A stretch of 63,703 nucleotides of DNA, the filler included. It is 13 parts of 13 records of this genome, joined end to end, with 100 filler letters (N's around TTAATTAATTAA, not from the genome) between each part and the next. Parts side by side here need not be neighbours in the genome. Positions count along the whole stretch, not along the records: positions 6,883 to 31,023 come from SRR9188676_2324; positions 31,124 to 34,313 come from SRR9188676_2326; positions 34,414 to 36,973 come from SRR9188676_2329; positions 37,074 to 41,406 come from SRR9188676_2349; positions 41,507 to 44,304 come from SRR9188676_2354; 8 more parts are not named here. One strand, 5' to 3'. The notes beneath the pieces are model-generated. The model did no database searches and was not told the origin of the DNA. It was given only the letters and a program-made list of their open reading frames with translations. Position 1 is the stretch's first letter, and each line of letters starts with the position of its first letter. Positions 29,770 through 41,789 of the stretch are shown piece after piece. A program made the position numbers and the translations under genes.

Positions 29770-30022
29770 TTTTTTCTTGTAGTTGATGTTTGTTTGGGTT
29801 CAAACTGGTATTGGATTTCCTAAAACCTAAAACAATAAAGAGCATCACGCCTGAAATGGCTTATTGAAAATATTAAAATGTATCAAGGCAAAATCATTAT
29901 TTATCCCTGATGAATTTTCGAGGTGACGCTCTATAACATTTTGAGGCAGGAATAACAACCTTAGTGTAGTTTAGGTTTAAAAGTCTCAAACTCACTATTG
30001 CTATGCGATGTTTTGTGTTCGT

Positions 30023-30457
30023 TTATTTAATTTCTTTTTGATTATAGGGGTCATTTTGCCACCAATTTTCTGCTTCAACCCAAAGTTCAATAATCTCTTT
30101 AGTTATATTGTTATAAGTGTTTGAAAAAAGGGATTCTTTTCCATAATCAAACCAATAATCTGTTTTGTGTTTTTCACTTCCAATTCTTAATCGGTAACCC
30201 ATATTATGAGCTGTTACTTTGTTTTTAGGAATTTGCTTTCCCCAAGAAGTTATAGCACCATTTACAGGACAATTTGCGATTTCTATTACAAATTTGGTAT
30301 CATAAAGGCTGTGCTGAAATGTTAATAAATTAATTCGGTCTGATTGTTCTCTTCTAAAATGTGGCATTGAGCCTTTAAACCCTTTGTCTCGTAAAAAAGG
30401 AACAATAATATCCTTTAGTGTAATGTCTATTTTTTGCCTTTTTGCCTTTCTATCCAT
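30023..30457 (-). CDS. DUF4304-like protein
   Basis: LK..IVP.LR.KGFKGS.PHFRR......LLTFQ pattern. Confidence 0.7.
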   Translation of the reverse strand: MDRKAKRQKIDITLKDIIVPFLRDKGFKGSMPHFRREQSDRINLLTFQHSLYDTKFVIEIANCPVNGAITSWGKQIPKNKVTAHNMGYRLRIGSEKHKTDYWFDYGKESLFSNTYNNITKEIIELWVEAENWWQNDPYNQKEIK

Positions 30458-30471
30458 AACTCATTTTATCA

Positions 30472-30954
30472 TTATTCAGCAAATTCATCTTCGCTTACTA
30501 ATCCATTATAAAATTCTTCAAAAGAATTGGCAACATGAATATCTTCATCGCATTCACAATCAATCCATCTAATTGTTGGGTTATCACTTAATCTGTAATC
30601 AAGTGTAATCCACCAATGACCGTCTCCTGTTAGTAAAACTTGTTTGTCGGGCAATCCCCATTCTTCTGTCATATAGGAAGACTGCATGATGTTATGACCT
30701 GAATCTGATTTTTCATCTAATACTATTCCAAATAACTCACTCAATGGAATATGATTGTCAGCCCAAGTAGTTTTAGTTCTCATTGGAAAAGCAAAACCCT
30801 TTGTATATCCTCCATTTTGAACTTTCAGTAGCTTGATAAATATTTCAGGTAGTTTTACTCCCAATTGACGTTCTGCTTGAATTATTATCTCATCTGTCAA
30901 ATCTGGATTATTATAATAATTCGAATCCCAAAATTCTGTAAAATCTATTTTCAC
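30472..30954 (-). CDS. SMI1/KNR4 (SUKH) family immunity-type protein
   Basis: GTG start. LTDE.I.QAE.QLGVKLP....LLK.QNGG, EWGLP, GDGH.WI.LDYR, VANSFEEF. Confidence 0.9.
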   Translation of the reverse strand: MKIDFTEFWDSNYYNNPDLTDEIIIQAERQLGVKLPEIFIKLLKVQNGGYTKGFAFPMRTKTTWADNHIPLSELFGIVLDEKSDSGHNIMQSSYMTEEWGLPDKQVLLTGDGHWWITLDYRLSDNPTIRWIDCECDEDIHVANSFEEFYNGLVSEDEFAE

Positions 30955-31123
30955 GGTAGAGTCTTTTTAAATGACGCACAACTAGCTAACAAAGCGAAAG
31001 TTTTGTAGTACTTTTTGTATTATNNNNNNNNNNNNNNNNNNNNNNNNNNNNNNNNNNNNNNNNNNNNTTAATTAATTAANNNNNNNNNNNNNNNNNNNNN
31101 NNNNNNNNNNNNNNNNNNNNNNN

Positions 31124-34100
31124 TGACTGTTCGGGTGGAGAGTCAGAAAAGGAATGAAATCACATTAATGTATGTACTTATGATACATTGTCCGATCAAA
31201 AGAAAAAAAAAGGAAAGAGAAGCATATACTAAAAACAGGGGGAGAGTGGAGATGAAGACTGAACTCATTGACATTCTTTCAACGTGGTGAGAAAGGATCG
31301 CAGAAAGGAGTGAGTGAGGGAGAGTGCAAAATATATATAAAGACAGGGTAGGATGGGACAAATCCGGAAAAGCGAGCAAGGCCGTGACTGAGTCTGAGTG
31401 CCTGGAGCGCTCGATTCTTATACTCGATTATGGTGATATCATCATGCCTGTGCATCTCTGCGGATATGTGTGTCTGTGTGTCTGTGTGTAGCATACCAGA
31501 CAAATTTGGGCTATTGAGTGCCTCGGCGGCGGTGGCGAACAGGAATGCGGCATGCTCCCCCTCCTCGGGGCGGGACGCGGCCACACACCACTCAACACTC
31601 CGCAGTGACGCACGCATGGCAACAAGCTGAATGCAATACATTTACAGAGAGTTAGAAAACTCTACAGGCGGCCAAAAATAAATGCCCAAGATTGCAACAG
31701 CTCTGGTCTTGGCAGGCAGATTTAGATATGGGTCAGACAATTGGCAATGACCAATTCAAATGTCGACTTAGGGGGGTTTCGTGAATTCCAATACCACCGC
31801 CATCCCCCATCCTATACCCTCTACCCTGAAATTGCATCCAAAAGCTTTGTCCGGCAAACAAGCCTAAGCTGGCCTACTTAGTTTTCGCCCGATATCGCAG
31901 ACAGGCTATGAGGGCTACCTTAATGCGCTGCAGCTGAGGGTCGATGTCGAGGTAGGGCGGGTCGAAGTGCATGTATGATGTGCTCTCGAGGAAGTTCGCG
32001 GCCAGGTCCATCACGTGCGAGTAGATGCCGTCCTCGGACAGAATCGCCTTCGTGATACTCCTCAGGCGCGTCACGTGGCTGTCAGAGAGAGGCACAGGAA
32101 GGGCGCCGGGAGGGGGGGGGAGGGTACAGACGATGTAAAGAGATAAGGGGTGAGGTAGAAAGAGAAATAGAAAATATTGACAACGGAGGAAGGAGAATAT
32201 TTTCCTCCCGCCTCGGTTCGTCGTAGGGTTCGGCTGTTGCTCATTTTCTCACAACTGAAAAATGGAAAATGAACGAGGATTGGCGGAGATTTGCTAAAGG
32301 TTTATTTGGGGAGGGATAGAATTCGCCCATTATCATCATCCATCATTCATCCGAACCACGATCCATGTCATCCTTTACACCGTCTTTTGTAATCAATCCA
32401 TAGACCTAATCTGGTTCTGATAAAACTGAAATGGTTGATTGAGATGGCAGAAAAGCTAAAATTTGAATCATCAATGCGCATCATATATTGTAACAGAACC
32501 TATCCAATCACATTCTACTCCACCAGAACATATCCCAACGTACCTCAGGGATAGAAATGAAGTGGTGCGGTTCGAGTTCGGGTACGAAAAGGCTGACCCA
32601 GAAATACCGGGCGGTAAGGGGGTCATGGGGATGGAAGAAGCAGGCCACGCTCCAGTATTATTATTCAAGAATCCCATGCCCATGTTGCCATTCTGACCCT
32701 CAGCACATTTCCCGCCAGATGGGCCCGTCACGTCACTCCCAAATCCATTATTTCCAAAGCTATTCGCAAGGCACGGCGATGCATTGGTATTTCCATTGTT
32801 GTTGCCATTGCCAGGAACCGCTAGGGCCGTTAGAAGACCCACAACACCGGCATAGGCAGCTAGTACTCGATTCAATGTATCTTCGTTCACTTTCTCTGAT
32901 GTATTCTCGCTACTGCTATTCAGACTGTTGCTGGTATTATTGTTTTCGTGTCCTGATCCTGAGCCGGAAGCAGATGCATCAGCAGATGACGTGGCTTGGA
33001 GCAGACTGCCATTAATGTCCTGTAACGCGTGGCCTGTGAGTGCAGCCGCACCTGACCCGCTCATGCGTGATGACATGCGCCGGATTCGTTTTTCTGCATG
33101 CAAAAAAATGGATTCCAAAAAGAAAGAAAGAGAAAGAAAAGTACTTGAGATTTATGTATCGATGTATCACAAAGCATGAATCGAGATAAGCGAGCTGCAA
33201 AAACTCAGGAAAGAGAAAACACGGCATTATCAGCGAACTTGATCGAATATATAGTCAGATCAGGTCTTTTATTTTGGCGGGGCACTTCCGTGCGATGCTC
33301 CATGATGGGATGCATGGTGAATATGATCAGAGTTGCGAAAAGGCACGTACTTGGTGGGTGTGCCTGAGAGAATTCCTCTAGAATATTATGATAAGAGTTC
33401 AAGGTCCGGATATAGATATCAAGAGCCATTTCCCGGGCCGAATCCACGCCAGCCGCAACCCGAATCAGCACCTGCCCGATGCCGCAAGCAAACGATTCTG
33501 AAGTTTCCGAAAAGCAGATCAAAAGTTAATTAGAACATAAAGTATAGACAAGTCAGGGAGATATCAGAAAAAAAAATCCCTATGATGAAAAAATAAGGTG
33601 TTGTGGGATTGACTAACCTAAGGGAATAGCCAGGGGGACATCTTCAGCAGGGGGAGGAATCAAAGGTAAAGATACTAAATATTCTTCGATTCTAGATAAA
33701 AGTTGTTGAGAATGGCGACCATTGCTATGGACCAGATACACTCCAACGGCTTCGATCACCTCACGGGCTCGGGATCCCTGAAACCCCAAAGAAGAAATGA
33801 GTATGATTCGAGTTTGTCGGAAAGTAATAGATATATCTATCCAAATATTGGAAAATAATCGAAATTGTTAGAGGAAACACACCATTGGTCGGGCAGTTCG
33901 AAGCAAATCATCCTTCTGTGATTGACATATTGTCAGCCCAATGGGGTAAATTCGAAGAAAAGATGATACCTTTGGAGCAGGTGCACAAAGAGCGAACAAA
34001 CGTTCTACTTTCTGTAATGATGAAGGCTGATCTGCACGACTCAATGCCTTTGCCAGCTCCACGAGGGCGACCCCGTGAAAATTGCTGGATCATGCTGAGT

Positions 34101-34157
34101 TATTACTTTGGAATAACAAACAGAATCTATCAAAGAGACATACCTGAAGCTTTCCAT
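31124..34157 (-). CDS. PI4KA: Phosphatidylinositol 4-kinase III alpha (Stt4-like), multi-exon 5' part, truncated at the contig edge
   Basis: Spliced N-terminus MESFS|NFHGVALVELAKALSRADQPSSLQKVERLFALCAP..|..AREVIEAVGVYLVHSNGRH..LVSLP..|..ESFACGIGQVLIRVA parallels the PI4KA N-terminus (LSLARSLA...SLEKVQKLLCMCP; DAVIALGIFLIES). GT-AG introns. Confidence 0.7.
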
Positions 34158-34413
34158 GAAAAAATTACGGCAAACAAAGCATAATTATACTCAGAAAACC
34201 GGATAGAATCAACAAAATGGTCGAGAATCGATTGATTGACAAGGACAGAATGGTCCGATCAGGAGAAAGTTCACCACCTGAAATCCAAGAGAAAGCAATC
34301 CGGCCTCCGACCTNNNNNNNNNNNNNNNNNNNNNNNNNNNNNNNNNNNNNNNNNNNNTTAATTAATTAANNNNNNNNNNNNNNNNNNNNNNNNNNNNNNN
34401 NNNNNNNNNNNNN

Positions 34414-36973
34414 GCAGTGGAAGTAGATGTTGTACTTGTTCCGTTTTTCGCACCACCAGCTTCGGCCATCTGGCCTAGCGGGGTGTTCAAGAGCAGGCAC
34501 ACTTGCTGAATCGTATTGGATAGCAGTGCAGGATTGCGGAGTTGCTCAGCAGCAGCTACACCATCCTCAAGGCGACCAAAACCATACGCATTTACTTCCT
34601 CCGGAAGCAAGTCACGCCAGGCAACAGTTAACTCAAACTCGATCGCAGGGGCCACAGCACCAATGGAATTGCGCACATACAGAAGTAGAGACAAGGTGTT
34701 ATTCACACCATCACCTGCGGGAAGGGTGGTCACAAAAGTTGTCGAGGCCTGGAAGGGACATAGTGGGTATATGGTGCCATTTCTGACGTAAGCAAACTGG
34801 TACTGCAGGGGGTAGTAGCCGTCCTCGTCCTTCCAGCCAGAGGTGGCATTCAGGGTGAATGATGTCTCAGCAGCTGTGCCGATCACAGGCGAGGGAGCAA
34901 AGTCACCACCCGAGGGATAGGAACTTGCTTTGATTGTGAGCTCCTTCCAGCTAGAGCTGTAGCCATCGGAGGCAGTCAAGCGGAATGTGTAATACTTGCC
35001 TGATTGCAGCACACCTGATGCGAGGAGTAACGTGGATGAGGTCCGAGAGGTCAGCATCACAGTAGAATCATCAAGATTCAGCAAGTTGCTAGTGTCAGGC
35101 TGAGAGCCATCTGCGAATGCTGATGTGGATTCATGAGTCCACATCATAGTGATAGTATCTGAAGTTGAGCTTGACTGCACTTGTGCAGTGATCATTAGCT
35201 TTGCAGTAGGGGCAACAATAGTCTGGTTCGTATAGAGGTTCACTGAAGGCGGGGAGCCGGGTACAATGGTGATGGTCACAGAGCTGGTAGCTGTGCGCTG
35301 GTCAGATGTGGTCACAGTCAGTCCAAAGAGATACACTCCAGGATAGAGCTCATCAGCAGGCAGTTCAAGTTTAGACTGAGTCAAGGTACTGTCCAGGAAG
35401 CAGTCGCTGCTACTGGCGGTACATGACCAGCGGTAGGACAGAGAATAGCCATCAGGATCGTAGGATGAAGAGCCGTCCAAGCTGAGTGGCATGCCTCTGC
35501 CCTGCTGGCCTGTGCCACCAAGAATCTTTGCCACAGGTGAGGAGGAAACCACTGAGATAGTGATGGATGTGGACGCGCAGTCTGTGGTGGATTTCAGACA
35601 TACAGTGCTGATGAATGTGTACTGGCTCGATGCAAAGAGTGTGTTGGCAGGAAGCAGAAGAGTCGGGTTTGTGAACTCGGATAGAGATGGGCTACTACGT
35701 GAAGCCACACTCTCCCAGGCATAGGATACAGACACAAAGCGGTCGTAACAAGAGATCACAGGAGAGACATCAATGCGAAGTGCATCACTGCGGCGCATAG
35801 TGCTGTCGATAGCACTTGTGCTCACAATGGACACATTCACACATGACTCCAGGGTTACAGTCCAAGTGCCGTTATGGCATGTTGTGTAGTTGCAGATGGA
35901 CAGCTGGAATGATGTGGTGGCACTTGAGAGAGCGTATGCGGGAATGTCAAAGGTCAGAGACTTGGCCAAGTTCACAGCAAGGATGAGATCAGCCAAGGAC
36001 TTAGTAGCGGCACGAGTTGAGGTTGTTCGACTGCTTCCAGCCATGCTCCAGCTGACATTCAAGGCATTATCTTCCATGCAGTCTGGGCATAAAAGCAATG
36101 CACCAGATAGCGAGAAGGGTTCAGTGATATCTACAGAGGTCGGGCCTGTGACCTCTACTTGTGCTGTGGCAAACTCAGGCAAGGGGCTAGGAATGAGATC
36201 AGCTGCAACTATGATTGGAATCGAGGCAGCATACAGATTGGATGAGGATGAGGCACCAAGGGTATTGGCTTCCATGCTGTAGAGAGTCATGCTGAGGGTG
36301 AAATCAGAAGTGCAGGAAACAGCAGGCACAGCGCTGAGCCCAGGAATCATTTGGCCAGCAGTGAAGCCGGCCTGAGAGGTAGGCAGGAGCGAGAACTTGT
36401 TATTGAGACCAGAGTTGGTCAGCCGAGAGACAATGGTGTAGGCATCAGAGTTAGTGTAGATAGAGCTGAGGGCACCAGAGATCAGAATGTGGTGGAGAAT
36501 CTCGGAACTATCAGTGTCTGCCCCAAGATAAGGTGTGAAATGCAGAGCAAAGGCAGCATCCTGATTCACAGAGATGCTGGTGTTCCAGGCCTCGAGAGTG
36601 GGCTCGTCAGGCATACCGGTCATCGTGACTTGCAGGGTAAGCGCTGGATAAGATGAAGATGTGGTGGTCGCACCGTTGCTCTCTACAATCACAGCATTAA
36701 TGGACAGAGAGAAGTCCACATCGCATTGAGACACAGCAGTCACACTCAAGACAGCCGATTTCATAGTCGAAAGGGCCACAGAAGCATCAGAGCCGGTCAG
36801 AGTTGAGTTCCCATTATCGCCTAGAGAATAAATTTCCCAAGGCAAGGATTGTGGGAAGCCAATAGATGCAGTGCTGGCAGTCTCTGAGATGACAAGGAGG
36901 TCAAGAAGCTCAGAGGCATCAGTGTCCAGCGTGGAGAATGCTTGCAGAGAGATAAGAGCAATGCTATCTTCGC
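34414..36973 (-). CDS. Partial REJ/PKD-domain (polycystin-like) surface protein; frame open across the whole contig
   Basis: LSLDGSSSYDPDG..LSYRWSC, YTFRLT, PSGG....P..G....T.F......WKDED..PLQYQF...LPAG. Ser/Thr-rich beta repeats upstream. Confidence 0.85.
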
Positions 36974-38523
36974 NNNNNNNNNNNNNNNNNNNNNNNNNNN
37001 NNNNNNNNNNNNNNNNNTTAATTAATTAANNNNNNNNNNNNNNNNNNNNNNNNNNNNNNNNNNNNNNNNNNNNAAAATAAGAAAGAATATTTGACTTGAT
37101 CCATTGCACAATCACAGAATGAGGGCGAACGGAACGGGGCAATGGAATTCGATTCGAATTCTGAAAAAAAAAAAAAAAATAGGTAAATGGGAGATCGGAA
37201 CGTAAGGTGATGTGCAGGTCTTCGAATTCCATAAACTTCGATTTTCCGGCCTCCATTCGGGCAGCCCTCAGTTCTTCGAACGTGCATCTCGCCGAGAAGC
37301 TGGCTTCTCAAAAAAAACCAACACTGAACAGGTTTGGCAATCTTATCGGGATTTGTCCACCTTCGGGTTGGAAATAGAATCTCGGATGATGAAAATGACA
37401 GTGTTCTTCCACCTATTTGTTAGATCAGTTCGGCTACAAAACGCACGTTTCCCTGAAGTTCTCTAAGACCCAGTTCTGGACCATCAGGCATGAGATTGGG
37501 CATCTGAGCCTGCGATATTCTCTTGATACTTTCTCTCTGGAAATGTTTCCCCCTATCTTCAAAGAGAAGGCTCAAAAAGGATGCAGCATGGATGTATGCT
37601 TCTGTTTCTCCACAAGATGCTGTTCTGCTTGACACGAAAACAACCACGCCAGAGGGCAGATTGAAGAAAAACTGCGATCGGAAAACGTCAAAACGTCCTT
37701 TATATGTCTACATGTTAGTTTCGCAGGGGTCCCTGTCTTGGAGAATGATATTTTCAGAGGACCTTACCTCTTGTCCCCGATTTGAGAGGCAGTCAGAATA
37801 AAAAATGCCTCCACAAAAGCCCGGAAGAACGGGTGGGAATCATGCAGGGTTGGAAGTGTAGAGAGGGCAGATATAGGCAATGCGCGAAAAATCAGCTAAA
37901 GGCAAACGACTCGTCAGTACAGAGCGATGTCAGCTTTGAGGGAAACCCTTACCGTTGCAGCAAGAGGGATCAGAAACAAAAAGCGCGAGGGACTCTTCTT
38001 GTGAACATGGTGGCTATAAGAAGCGGAATATCAGAATATATTGACAAAGTCTGCCCTGGAAGAATCGAAATAGTACCCGACAGACGTCGATGCAATGATG
38101 GGATGAGATGACGTTTGAGGGAGGCAAGGTGGAAGACCACATGAGATAGCATGCAACTTGTGTAGAGGCTGAAGATGCGCATGCGCTAGGAATCAGGAAA
38201 TTAGTCCGATTTTATCGTTGAAAATCGGCATTTTGCGAAACCAACCATGAGCGCCGGCTCGTCTTTTGGTTTCAATGCACATTTGTTTGGATAGTGTGTT
38301 GGGCTTATTCCATGATTGAGAATTGGGTCGCTCCGAAAAGCTGGGAGCGATAAACGAAGCCAGATTGAGCAGAGAGAAAGACTGCTGAGTCTGTCTGATC
38401 TGACGTGAGAACAGCGGGAAATCACGTGATCTTTATAAATTTACAATCAAGGCACGCTAGTACCACAAGAAATTGTCCGAAAGGTCAGAAGCCGATTTTT
38501 CGCGAGAAAATTGACATTATTTG

Positions 38524-41129
38524 ATGGCAGAGAAATACAAAATTGCCATAGTTGGTGCTGGGTCAATTGGCACCTTCTTTGCTGCAAAATTTGGACGAAT
38601 TCCATGGGTGCAGGTGGCGATCCTCTCTGAATGGAAGGAGCATCACTCAAGAATCCGAAAGCAAGGGGGGATATTTGTGACTGATTTTGGAAATTCATCC
38701 CCTATACTTCACTCTATTCATTCCGACTCCGATTTCTCCCTGGAAACATCCTCGGAACTCGATGTATGCGTGGTGGCTGTGAAAAGCAATGCCACGGCCC
38801 AAGCTGCGAGGTATTTATTGAAACTCTGGATGTAACATTAAATAATTAATATGCTCTCTTGCAATCCAGACGGATTGTAGCTGCTGGGGGATCGAATATC
38901 TGCGTCAGTCTACAAAATGGGCTTGGCAATGATGCGATCCTGCGCAGTGTGTTCCTCGGCGAAGCTTCCTTGAAAATAAAACCAGCTGTATTTCAAGGTT
39001 TATTTCCCCCTTCGATTGATTCGTAGATCAGTTTATTCTGATCCAGACCTGATGTCATTCATTTATAGCACAATCACATCCTCACAGATGGTTGTCGTGG
39101 ATACTGATTTCTCATATATTTGTTGTATTTTTAATGTAGGTGTGACTTCAAATGGCGCAAGGATCGACGAGCCAGGCTCCGTTACACACACAGGCCTGGT
39201 AAGTGTTAATACCCCCTGGGCTTGGATTTTTCTTTACATTCTCCGATAAATCACTTGGACCATCTGATATTTTATTTTTGCAGTTTCTTGATTTCCTGTA
39301 TTATCGAGCTACGTATTATGATCGAAAACAGACATCAATGGTGTTCGTTCGACGCTAGCGTTTTGCTTCCCTTCTCTGACTTTCCTTGGTTGTTCATCTT
39401 TTTGTGTTGTGTGTAGGGGGACACAGTTGTGAGCGTGCCGAGCGAAATTCTGCAGCGTTTTCAGGACATTTATGACCGGCTATCGCACACTGGCCTCGGT
39501 TTGGGACAGCAGAAATCACATTCACATCCGCATACACATCCAACAAATTCCTCCCTCTCACATCCATGTCCAAATCCCCACGCAAGCCCTCGGACTCATG
39601 ATGAACAATCGTTACAATCGCATCCGCAACCATCACCATCACGGTTATCATCGCACGCGCATGGACATTCTACTGTACATACATCGAGACCTGTATCTGT
39701 GTGTGATGTCCTGCACAGCCACGGCCTCGATCGGTCAGATGCCGCTGTGCAGCTAGCACTCTTCAGACTGTGCGACACACCAACGACACACTATGCACAT
39801 ATATCAGCATCTGGTTGAGCGACAAAAATCGAAAGAATATACGTGCAATCAATATCTTATATTGTTCACATTCACAACCAACGTTTTTTTTTGCTTGTTT
39901 GATTCCCTCCTTTACCTACACTTTTTTTCTTCTTACGAATATAATTTCTGTGTATCATCGCAGCGTGTTCCAGCACAGCGGACTACCGTGTGAGTTCAGT
40001 GCACATGCGGATGTAGTGGTGTGGCGCAAGCTCATCGTCAACTGCGCCGTCAATGCGCTCACGGCTCTCCTGCACGTGCAGAATGGCCACATCGCATCCG
40101 TGTCCCATGCACGTGACATCGCTCATGCCGCCGCTAAGGTACGGTTTACAACATCTCGCTTCACTCCTGGTGCAAAGTCAAATTGATGATATTTGAATAA
40201 TATCTTCATTCTCACCTTTGTCTTCGTACATTCATACGAATGAGATCTCGACTATGGCCGCACACCCTCATCTTATTCTCTTCTCATTTCTGTCATTATG
40301 CTTGTATGTAGCGTTTCTACACCTGCCTTGCTGAATTACGGATAGGGGGGAAAATGAAAAGCAAAAACGCCGGGTTTTTGTAACCCTTCATACCCTTGAG
40401 AAAGTTGTGAGATTGGCTGGTTATTCAGCACTTTTGCACTTCTGCTCGAGTTCAGGACATATTTCAAACAAAGATGCCATAATCCTGAACTTACTATGTT
40501 AAGGGCATAAAAATGAATAAATCTTACTGCGAATAGGGTGCCGATACTGCTTTACGAAAACTCTCGAAAATGTCTCAGTGCCCTGATTCCCTGCCTCACT
40601 TCATTTCACACAAAGGTTCCCATTCTCAGCGTTTTTATCATATATCGTCCTCTAAATGACATCTCCAGAACACAACGATCTGTAGCTTGGTTTGCTTCTC
40701 ATTAAGGCGCATGCCCAGAGATAGCTTGAAACTAAAAGCTCGAGAACCGCTTCCTCCTTGACATCGAAATTTCTGCAGGCGATGTTCTTTTTCTGACTGT
40801 TTTCGCTCTGTAACATGATGTGACGTGTACAGGAAGCGACGTGTGTTGCGCGGGTACGTGGCTTGGATCTAGATCCTGAGGAGATGGCCAACATCGCGAT
40901 CGCTGCCGCACAAAAAACGCGCGAAAACGTCAATTCGATGCTGAGTGATGTCGAGCGCAACCCTGCAGCAAACACTGAGATTGATGTGATCAACGGGGCG
41001 GTGGTGCGGGAGGGTCTGGCTGTGGGCGTGGCTACCCCCGTGAACTGGATGCTATGGAAGATGGTGCTCGCGCAGAGAGATTGCTATGCTGCAGATGCCG
41101 TCAGACCAATCTCTCCGAGAAGGAAATAA
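38524..41129 (+). CDS. panE: Ketopantoate reductase (PanE/ApbA), about 7 exons
   Basis: IAIVGAGSIG, VAVKS, SLQNGLGN, WRKLIVNCAVNALTAL, NSMLSD, TEIDVINGAVV, TPVN. GT-AG introns, e.g. 38811-38869, 38998-39139, 39199-39416. Confidence 0.9.
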
Positions 41130-41789
41130 AGATCAGAGATAGAAGGGTATGAATGAATGGATAAGCCCATCATTCTGAACACAGACCGCATTGGGCTGGC
41201 TCTCGACTATTGCATTCTATTTTTCCATATTTTTCTATCTATCACGTCACCTTTTCCCAGCCTCGTTCTCCATTCGATTTTCATTCTAGCAACTCCTTAT
41301 GTTTCTTTGACAGCTTGATCCGAGACTGGCGACACTTTTCATTCAGTCGGTTCTCAAAATAGATTTCATCTCGTATTCGCCCCCCGTCATGCATCATGCA
41401 AGAATCNNNNNNNNNNNNNNNNNNNNNNNNNNNNNNNNNNNNNNNNNNNNTTAATTAATTAANNNNNNNNNNNNNNNNNNNNNNNNNNNNNNNNNNNNNN
41501 NNNNNNGCAGTGATTAGGCTGTCTTTATTGCTTGAACAAGAGAATCTCCTCTTTTCCTCCGTCTGTAGATGTCAGGAGTAAGACCGATTTTTTCCAAGAT
41601 TTTTTTTTTCCAGGAGTTTGAAATTAAATAAAATCGCCGTAGACAGTTCCATGTCAGAAAGTAAGAAGATCTCGATTCTCGAGAATTGTTCATTTTTAAA
41701 AGAATTTTCTTGCTCTCCGCGACTGCCCCTCATCATTATCTGGATCTGACTATCCTCATTTATTGTATACTATTGCATGATCATCACTA

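Noticed and set aside
8959-30572. Antisense or overlapping ORFs in the track (e.g. 13196-13594, 18225-18581, 21292-21594, 22395-22718)
   Set aside because: They are shadows of well-supported genes or repeats and have no motifs of their own.
6883-31023. Bacterial block as horizontal transfer into the eukaryote
   Set aside because: There is no physical junction, and housekeeping operons and bacterial promoters are intact.
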